A stretch of DNA of 64,000 bases from Candidatus Thorarchaeota archaeon (lineage in GTDB: Archaea; Asgardarchaeota; Thorarchaeia; Thorarchaeales; Thorarchaeaceae): the NCBI GenBank assembly GCA_048882045.1, contig JBHLRZ010000002.1, positions 1-64,000 on the forward strand, written 5' to 3'. Below are positions 57,341 through 64,000 of this stretch, in pieces. The number at the start of each line of letters is the position of its first letter. The stretch's first letter is position 1. A program made the position numbers and the translations under genes. Below the pieces are notes generated by a model, which saw nothing but the letters and a program-made list of their open reading frames with translations, searched no databases and had not been told where the DNA came from.

Positions 57341-58284
57341 GGTTCTCTCCTCGTTAGCATCAAACCGCCTTCAGAACCCCCGGACAACAACAGTTCCTTC
57401 AAATCATCTGGAACAGCAGGTTTGACCGCTGCAGCTGCTGCCAAGACTCGTCTTACCTCCTCAATGTAGTGTTTCAAGAGTAGTCTCATGAGACCTAGTT
57501 TTTGGCTGTCTTTGTCCACCCACAGACTGAACACACCATTTGGAACAGCATAGATGAAGTGGCGTGTGTCATCAGTTTCACAAAGGACAGTCTGAAGTGA
57601 ACTGTTCCGCAAAGTTCGCACTACTCTTTCTGAGGCATCATGAAGTGCAAAGGACATAGCGGCAAGTCTATCGTTTGTGAAACCTTCCAGTGACACTCGT
57701 ACACCTCCACTCAATGACAAGAACACCGAGCCAATATTGGGAATACAATCATGTACTTGACGTAACAAAGCTCTTAGACTGAGGGCTTGTGAGCGGTCCA
57801 AAGAAATCATTGATCGTGAAACGCCGTATGTAGTGTCCCTTCCCTCTGCCACTGCAAAGCCTTGGAGAACTTGTTGTGTTTCATCTCGGCTGTATGATCG
57901 AAGAGGCGGCAATCTGCCATCCACATGTTCCCTCAGGAGGAATGTGAGTCTAGATAGACTATCTTTCATTTCTATGAACAATGCAGCAAGATTAACCCTT
58001 GGCGCCGTGGTCACAGTTAGAAAATAGTCAGGATCATTTGGAAGCGACGCAAGAAACACCTTGGATGTGTCAGATTCCATAAGCAGATAGTTGAAATCTC
58101 CATGAATGAGTTTAGCAACGCCAAAGATGGCACATGTTGAAGAAGCTACAGCAAAGACTTCATCCTTGCTGAACCATACTCCAGCGCTAGCAACAGGAAG
58201 TCCATCCTTCTGAATTAGGACAACATTTTCAACACCGGTAATAGCCTTAACATTTTGCAGGGTTTCAGTTAATTCGTCGCTCAA
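57337..58284 (-). CDS. Tandem Roadblock/LC7 (MglB-like) domain protein
   Basis: L..V..ITGVENVVLIQKDGLPVAS...; second unit IPNIGSVFLS..GG.....RLAAMS...QKLGLMRL. Confidence 0.85.
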   Translation of the reverse strand: MSDELTETLQNVKAITGVENVVLIQKDGLPVASAGVWFSKDEVFAVASSTCAIFGVAKLIHGDFNYLLMESDTSKVFLASLPNDPDYFLTVTTAPRVNLAALFIEMKDSLSRLTFLLREHVDGRLPPLRSYSRDETQQVLQGFAVAEGRDTTYGVSRSMISLDRSQALSLRALLRQVHDCIPNIGSVFLSLSGGVRVSLEGFTNDRLAAMSFALHDASERVVRTLRNSSLQTVLCETDDTRHFIYAVPNGVFSLWVDKDSQKLGLMRLLLKHYIEEVRRVLAAAAAVKPAVPDDLKELLLSGGSEGGLMLTRREP

Positions 58285-58371
58285 GTCCTCAGCCCCGGAC
58301 GGATCGTTGGGTTCACAGTAGAATCCATCTCGTGACTATATAATCACCACACAGATTTTGTGAGGGCTAAA

Positions 58372-59667
58372 TCACATGTGAATAAGGGCTGTATCTGGGA
58401 CCTCTTGGAAGACTGAACGTGCAGCTTTACCTACCTTTATGCGATGCTTATCGAAGGTGTACACTCGAATCACATCTAGATATACCTTCATCATCTCTGC
58501 AATATTGGAGTACTCTGAGAGATTATGAGGGATTTTCTTTCCCTCGATGACTTCAAAGATATTAATTTCCATAGGATCAAGCTGATGTGGATTATAAGGA
58601 ACTGATGGTAAAGTAGGAACATCAACAATGACTTCCTCTTTATCAATACCAGCAATAGAAGCAATTTCCTCCTGAATGCTCTCACGGACTTTGCTCTTAG
58701 TGAGAATCTTGGAAACGAATCTGTCTTGGGTATGGAGTACCTTTTCAAAGGCTGATTTGTAGAGAACTCGTGAGTCAAGGAGGTTCACCATCCTTGTGGC
58801 TTCTGCTGCATCTTCAGACTCGGAAGGATCAATGTTTCGTATCTTAGAGATCAGTGACATGTCATCTAGCTCCAAGAATTCTTCTGGTGACGAAAAACTG
58901 GTAAGATTCAGTACATTGTCTGCAGCATTAATGAGTTTGACTAGCATCACCTCAACGCTTCGCACAGTTTTATGATAGTAGACATTTAGAAACATCTCAT
59001 ATCTTGCTACGAGGAACGACTCAAGGGCTCCCCTAGCAGCAATATCAAATTGCATCTTATACTCTTTCGAAATCTCAATACTATCAATAAGACGATGAAT
59101 ATCAACCAGTCCATAATTGACTCCGCAATAGAAAGAGTCACGAATCAAGTAATCCATTTTATCAGAGTCTATTTGTCCAGCTACAATCCCTGCAATAATT
59201 GAGTCCTTCTTTGTCTTTTGACGTCCTCGGACAAGATCCCCAATACGTTTCTTTGATATACCAGCAGTTTCTATCAAGTCACCAATTTCACTTTTGAGAA
59301 TAATCCACTCCGTAACATCTTCATGGTTCATCTCACGTTTCTCAAGCATGACTTCCTCAAAGACATGACTAAACGGTCCATGTCCAATATCATGAAGTAA
59401 GCCAGCTAGTCGCACTTCTTGGAGATTCTTGCCTCCCAGTCCCATTCGATCTAGGAGCCTCCTGCCACTTAGTCCTGCAAGGTACATCACGCCAATACAG
59501 TGAGCGAATCTTGTATGCTCAGCTGTTGGATAGACAAAGTGTCCACCTGAGAGTTGTTTGATTCTTCGTAATCTCTGATAGGGTTGTGAATTGATTATCT
59601 TGGCCTCAATATCTGTCAGACCGATGAAACCATGAATGGGATCGTTGATTTCCATTGTGAACTTCAT
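58372..59667 (-). CDS. HD-domain dNTP triphosphohydrolase (SAMHD1-like)
   Basis: DPIHG, QRLRRIKQL, HTRFAHCIGV, LLHDIGHGPFSH, DKMDYL.RD, VYYHKT. Confidence 0.93.
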   Translation of the reverse strand: MKFTMEINDPIHGFIGLTDIEAKIINSQPYQRLRRIKQLSGGHFVYPTAEHTRFAHCIGVMYLAGLSGRRLLDRMGLGGKNLQEVRLAGLLHDIGHGPFSHVFEEVMLEKREMNHEDVTEWIILKSEIGDLIETAGISKKRIGDLVRGRQKTKKDSIIAGIVAGQIDSDKMDYLIRDSFYCGVNYGLVDIHRLIDSIEISKEYKMQFDIAARGALESFLVARYEMFLNVYYHKTVRSVEVMLVKLINAADNVLNLTSFSSPEEFLELDDMSLISKIRNIDPSESEDAAEATRMVNLLDSRVLYKSAFEKVLHTQDRFVSKILTKSKVRESIQEEIASIAGIDKEEVIVDVPTLPSVPYNPHQLDPMEINIFEVIEGKKIPHNLSEYSNIAEMMKVYLDVIRVYTFDKHRIKVGKAARSVFQEVPDTALIHM

Positions 59668-59693
59668 TGAAAGTCACCTTTATTGGATGATTA

Positions 59694-60437
59694 TTACATC
59701 TGAGGATTAAACTGCCTGATATCACGAATCAATTCCTCAGCAGTTTCAATTTCTGATACACATAGAGGAATGTGAATACTATCAGCTATTTTTACAGCTA
59801 CAGAATCTATCTCTTTTACTCCTTGTAATATGACAACTGCTGGTTTTACTGCAACAGATGTTCCTATCTGACTGGCTTTTATCGCTACCATTGGGGATCT
59901 TCCTGTGGACACATTGGTAAGTATTGCCCCACGTTGAGTTGTACCACCATAGAGACGAAGCAACTGTTGAGGTGTTAGATTCACTATGGCTTTGATGCTG
60001 TCCAGAGCAGTATAACCATAGATGTCTCTATCCAATAGATTCCGGTGAGTGAGTACTTTGCAGTTAAGATGATCCACAAGCAGACGTGCAGGAATTGGGA
60101 CTCCAAATTCACGACTATCAAGAATTGCATCAGAGGCAATCTCTGGTGTAATCAGCTTTTCAAGTGCCATTGCCACCCTTCCTCCGTCGACTGCATCCAT
60201 CTCTATTAGTCCTTCAACAAACCGCTTAATGGTTTCTACACGAGGAGACTTCCTTCTACCACTTTCATAATCACTTATGACTGACGGAGAAACGCTGAGG
60301 TGTTTTGCAAGATTCTTTTGAGAGATATGAAATCGTTCACGCCAACGACGCATAATTGATCCAGGATCGTGTTCAGCAAGGCAAATCTCGCCAGCCATTG
60401 CCTCTGCAAGCCTCCGGAGTGCCTCACTATTGTCCAT
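59694..60437 (-). CDS. Archaeal XRE-family HTH regulator (COG1709-like)
   Basis: AGEI......PG..MRRWRE.F, SPSVISDYESGRRKSP, GYT..DS..AI, VSTGRSPMVAIK. Confidence 0.9.
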   Translation of the reverse strand: MDNSEALRRLAEAMAGEICLAEHDPGSIMRRWRERFHISQKNLAKHLSVSPSVISDYESGRRKSPRVETIKRFVEGLIEMDAVDGGRVAMALEKLITPEIASDAILDSREFGVPIPARLLVDHLNCKVLTHRNLLDRDIYGYTALDSIKAIVNLTPQQLLRLYGGTTQRGAILTNVSTGRSPMVAIKASQIGTSVAVKPAVVILQGVKEIDSVAVKIADSIHIPLCVSEIETAEELIRDIRQFNPQM

Positions 60438-60583
60438 AGATGGTTGCCCTCGGGAATCGCAGATAAGAGTTGTGTATCCGCCGATTTCAGATTCGTTGAC
60501 TGCCGACTGGCATTTTTGTACCAATATGAACTGTACCGAAGAACTCAAAGAGGGTTCTCAGACCATTCATGTTGTGGCTTTAG

Positions 60584-61348
60584 ATGTTCTTCACATTCAT
60601 TGTGGGTACAGCAGGGTCTGGTAAGTCTCTGCTTACTTCATCATTGGAAAAGTGGCTTGTTGGATCAGACTTGAGTGTCACCGTGGTCAATCTTGACCCT
60701 GGTGTTGATTCACCACCATACACAAGTGATGTGGATATCAGAGAATATGTTGACTATGGAGAAGTGATGAACTCTTTCAGCCTAGGACCAAATGGTGCTC
60801 TTGTTGCATCTTTGGACATGGCAATTAGCCATGTCAATGACTTACGGGATGAGATTATCGAAACAGAGCGAGACTATATTCTCGTAGACTGTCCGGGCCA
60901 GATGGAACTGTTTGCATATAGGAACTCAGGGCCTTTGATGGTGTCTAGTCTCAAAGGAGATGACCCAGCACTTTCACTCTATCTTCTTGATTCCAATATC
61001 GCTCGTACTCCGACGGGATATCTCTCATCCACACTCTTAGGAATTTCCATCAGTATTAGGTTTGGGCTTCCACAGTTGAACGTCCTTAGCAAGCCTGATA
61101 TTCTTAATAAAATCGAGCTGGAAGAAATTGTTGGATGGGGATCAGAACTGTATCTGCTTGAAGATGCCCTTGAAGCATCTGATGAAGGACTACGTAGAGA
61201 ATATTCGAGATCTATTCTTGAGATGCTGGAAACTCTTGACACAGCCACCGGTTGTATACCTGTTTCGGCCAAGAATATGACTGGGATTGACGTGTTGTAT
61301 GGTGAGATGCAACGAGTTTTTTCAGGCGGAGATAATCTATACGAGTAG
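60584..61348 (+). CDS. GPN-loop GTPase
   Basis: GTAGSGKS, NLDPG, LGPNGA, DCPGQMELF, SKPD. Confidence 0.95.
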   Translation: MFFTFIVGTAGSGKSLLTSSLEKWLVGSDLSVTVVNLDPGVDSPPYTSDVDIREYVDYGEVMNSFSLGPNGALVASLDMAISHVNDLRDEIIETERDYILVDCPGQMELFAYRNSGPLMVSSLKGDDPALSLYLLDSNIARTPTGYLSSTLLGISISIRFGLPQLNVLSKPDILNKIELEEIVGWGSELYLLEDALEASDEGLRREYSRSILEMLETLDTATGCIPVSAKNMTGIDVLYGEMQRVFSGGDNLYE

Positions 61349-61358
61349 TGATGTCTAG

Positions 61359-62381
61359 TTGACCAGATATTTCGTCCATACATCTGGCGAAAACAGCAGT
61401 ATTGCTCAAGCTGAAGTCAATACCCTAGTTCGTCTTTTGGATTTGAAACAACCCTTATGGAAAGGTCGTATAGGGCTAATCGATAGTGTGAAAGATCCTG
61501 TTCCTTTCTTACTTGATAGGGCTGCAATGGTCAAGGAAGCTGGAATTGTTCTTGCAACATCAACAGATATCGATTCGGTATTAGTAGATGTTTCTGATGA
61601 TGATTTGATGCGGTCTGTTCTTCGCACTGATACATTCTCAGTGAGGACTATACCACTGGGAAAAAAGAACGAATTCAGTTTGAGACAGGACATAGAAATA
61701 GCAGTAGGAGCTCATATCAAAAAAGTAACAGGCGCTCAGGTTTCCCTTAACAACCCACGAGTACGAATACTCATTTTTCTTTCTGAAATTGCTAATTGGG
61801 TTTGTGTGTCAAAAGCTTCCAAGCTTCGGTTTGAACTTCGCAATCGCGAACCCGGACAGAAGCCTTTCTTTCACCCGAGCATGATGAATGCATCCCTTGC
61901 AAGGGTCATGTGTAATCTTGCTGGTGTAATGCCTGATGAGGTTGTCCTAGATCCGTTTTGTGGAGGAGGAGGAATCCTATGTGAGGCATCTCTGATTGGA
62001 GCAAAAACAGTTGGTATTGATTTGAATTGGAGATTATTACGGGGAGGACTGAAAAATCTGGCCGCAATAGGAAACAATCATAGCTTTATTCAGGGTGATG
62101 TCCGGAAAATACCAATTAGTAAGTGTGATTGTATCGTAACTGATCCACCATACGGAAGGGCGAGTTCGACAAGAGGAGCACACTCTATCAATCTCATTGA
62201 AAGCCTAATGAAAAAAATCGATTCACTTCTCAGGAGGCGCGACGAGAGTTTGTGTATCTGTGGGGATATTGAAATGAATATTCAAAACATTGCAGAGTTG
62301 TATGGTCTTACTATCAATAAAGCGCTTCGGATTAGAGTGCATAGTGGACTTGTCAGAGAAGTATTGACAATCGGATTCTAG
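61359..62381 (+). CDS. trm11: tRNA (guanine-10-N2) methyltransferase, THUMP + MTase (Trm11/TrmG10)
   Basis: V.L.NP (THUMP), KPFFHPS.M...LAR.MCNL, LDPFCG.GG, TDPPYGR, RVHSGLVR. Confidence 0.9.
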   Translation: MTRYFVHTSGENSSIAQAEVNTLVRLLDLKQPLWKGRIGLIDSVKDPVPFLLDRAAMVKEAGIVLATSTDIDSVLVDVSDDDLMRSVLRTDTFSVRTIPLGKKNEFSLRQDIEIAVGAHIKKVTGAQVSLNNPRVRILIFLSEIANWVCVSKASKLRFELRNREPGQKPFFHPSMMNASLARVMCNLAGVMPDEVVLDPFCGGGGILCEASLIGAKTVGIDLNWRLLRGGLKNLAAIGNNHSFIQGDVRKIPISKCDCIVTDPPYGRASSTRGAHSINLIESLMKKIDSLLRRRDESLCICGDIEMNIQNIAELYGLTINKALRIRVHSGLVREVLTIGF

Positions 62382-62800
62382 GCAATTATACGCCCATTCT
62401 TTGTCGGAGGTGTAAACCAATGAAGAAACTCCTCGAATTGAGATTCGTCATTAAAGACAAGAACGATTTCGATGGTTCCCAAAGGTGGCAAAGTTTCACT
62501 GTCATCAATGACCCGCAATTTTCCAATGAATGCTGTTTGTTTGTCGAAATGAATTTGAGTGGATGTCCCATTCCAGTTCGATAACAGTCGCTTGCGTGCT
62601 ACATCGATTATTCTTTCATCATGGATTGACTGACGTACAAATCCAAGAGAATCCTTTTTAGAATCACTAAATACGAGTTCAGAAATCTCTTTGTATTCCT
62701 CATACAATATTTCGTGTGGTCCAATGATGTTCTTGATGGCTTGTTCGACTTTTTGTAAATCCTCTGTTGGGTTGACTGAACATCTGACCAAAATGTCCAT
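62378..62800 (-). CDS. DUF54/UPF0201 RNA-binding protein
   Basis: VNPTED..KV..AI.NI, I.D.AR..L, DKQ.AF.G, PLG.I. Confidence 0.88.
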   Translation of the reverse strand: MDILVRCSVNPTEDLQKVEQAIKNIIGPHEILYEEYKEISELVFSDSKKDSLGFVRQSIHDERIIDVARKRLLSNWNGTSTQIHFDKQTAFIGKLRVIDDSETLPPLGTIEIVLVFNDESQFEEFLHWFTPPTKNGRIIA

Positions 62801-62801
62801 C

Positions 62802-63341
62802 TCAAGTCAACCTCTTAACGAGTTCCACTGACAGTTTCTGAAATTCAGTTAACGTTCCATCATTGACAATCATTATGTCACTTAGTGCGATTACGCCTCC
62901 TAGTCCAACCGAGATCTCTCTTATGTCACGCTCTTTAAAAATCTCCCAAGTAGGAGGTGCGTCATCTCTGTTCCGTTCTTTTAGCCGTCTGAACCTTTCT
63001 TTTGGTGCAGAATGGACACAAACTATTACAACATCATCAGAATAGTCATCAAAGACTTCAACTTCTGCTATACTTCTACACCCCTCAATGACAACTATCT
63101 CTGTTTCAATTCTCTTCAACTCATCAACGCAGCATGATGCAACAGCTCCAGGACCACCTTTCTCTCGCAACTCCAACATGACTTTCTTGGTGTTCTCTGG
63201 ATCTGGCTCAAGACCGCGTCTCCTAGTTTCCTCGCGAATGACATCCCCCATCACAATTACTGGCACTCCGACATCATTGAATGCCTCTGCAATCCCACTC
63301 TTACCTGCTCCAGGCATTCCGGTCACAATTATCAGTTTCAA
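62802..63341 (-). CDS. UPF0200 P-loop kinase (dephospho-CoA kinase-like)
   Basis: TGMPGAGKS, MGDVIREE, EG.RS..E, RF.RL..R.R.D, RD.RE...G.G..IA. Confidence 0.88.
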   Translation of the reverse strand: MKLIIVTGMPGAGKSGIAEAFNDVGVPVIVMGDVIREETRRRGLEPDPENTKKVMLELREKGGPGAVASCCVDELKRIETEIVVIEGCRSIAEVEVFDDYSDDVVIVCVHSAPKERFRRLKERNRDDAPPTWEIFKERDIREISVGLGGVIALSDIMIVNDGTLTEFQKLSVELVKRLT

Positions 63342-63473
63342 TCTGTTTCTCCTCAGACCTGACTTTGCATGCGACCATTCGTTCTTGATGGTCCTTTAAG
63401 AATTCCCGTACTACTCCCAAGCGTTACCATAATATTGAGTTGGACACATCAAAACTCGTCAGGGTGGTATATT

Positions 63474-64000
63474 ATGAGTGACCTAGTAAGAGCATTTCTT
63501 AGTATCGATATTGATGATTCGTTATTGCTCTCTAAAATTGAACAAATTCAGCAGAGATTGGATCAACAGGCTGCTAAGATGAAACTTGTAGAAATCAATA
63601 ACATCCATTTCACTTTGCATTTCTTTGGTGATACTAGACAGGAAAGAATTAATGAAATCAGAAATCAACTTGGCAAGATTACAGTTGACCCTTTTGAAAT
63701 TGGAATTGAAGGAGTAGGAGCTTTCCCCAACATACGACGACCGAGAGTAGTATGGATTGGAGTGCAGAAAAACTGGGAACAAGTTCGTAATCTCAAGCTA
63801 CAAATCGATTCACTGCTCGAGGATATAGGGTATCAACCAGAGAAGAGAAAGTACACCCCTCATGCAACAATTGCAAGGGTACGTTACGTCAAAGACTCAA
63901 GTAAGGTTGTTGATAATCTTGAAGAGCTAGTCGACGAGTCGATAGGACTTATGAAAATTTCCGAGTTTACTATGAAGAAGAGTATTCTTACTCCAAAAGG
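63474..64000 (+). CDS. thpR: RNA 2',3'-cyclic phosphodiesterase (2H family), truncated by window end
   Basis: Manual translation: RAFLSIDI...NIHFTLHFFG...GVGAFP..RRPRVVWIG...YTPHATIAR (two HxT motifs). Confidence 0.93.
   Translation, partial: MSDLVRAFLSIDIDDSLLLSKIEQIQQRLDQQAAKMKLVEINNIHFTLHFFGDTRQERINEIRNQLGKITVDPFEIGIEGVGAFPNIRRPRVVWIGVQKNWEQVRNLKLQIDSLLEDIGYQPEKRKYTPHATIARVRYVKDSSKVVDNLEELVDESIGLMKISEFTMKKSILTPK

Noticed and set aside
47-63782. Numerous 60-180 aa antisense or overlapping ORFs in the six-frame track
   Set aside because: They overlap confidently assigned genes or tRNAs and have no motifs

Overview
A 64-kb gene-dense chromosomal segment of an archaeon, most likely Asgard and probably Thorarchaeia. 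This is inferred from the tandem Roadblock + DENN-like + MglA-type GTPase operon, Rpo8, GatDE, the Pro/Gly-rich membrane protein and frequent TTG starts. Most of it is housekeeping: pgk, rpiA, gatDE, tfe, mbf1, pan, nac, atpD, iorAB, glmS, rps10, korA, GPN GTPase, trm11 and thpR. There are 8 tRNA genes, all with encoded CCA; 5 of them carry 6 introns, 4 at non-canonical positions (10/11, 19/20, ~44/45, 59/60). The most striking part is 22-38 kb, which looks like a replication-origin/segregation control region. (i) An inverted pair of ORB elements surrounds an AT-rich spacer at 33.15-33.32 kb, with a third ORB at 37.41 kb and no cdc6/orc1 gene in the window. (ii) An operon of an ExeA/TnsC-like AAA+ ATPase and a ribbon-helix-helix protein sits in a field of >=15 GTA(A/T)TAC heptads, mostly in 9-bp-phased tandems; this is a candidate new type of partition system. 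(iii) Four GAACACGTGTTC palindromes lie around the ORBs and a small Cas2/PaaX-like gene. (iv) A winged-helix gene is preceded by ~12 TTCAC iteron-like repeats. (v) A ~185-nt highly structured ncRNA that I cannot assign to a family has its own promoter and terminator. At 39.8-54.6 kb there is a dispersed pilus/DNA-transfer-like gene set: a VirB2-like pilin, a membrane-anchored HerA/VirB4-like ATPase, an Flp-like pilin, a VirB11/TadA ATPase and two Ig-like surface proteins. No rRNA, CRISPR array or transposase was seen. All family calls come from motif recognition by eye; no database searches were run.
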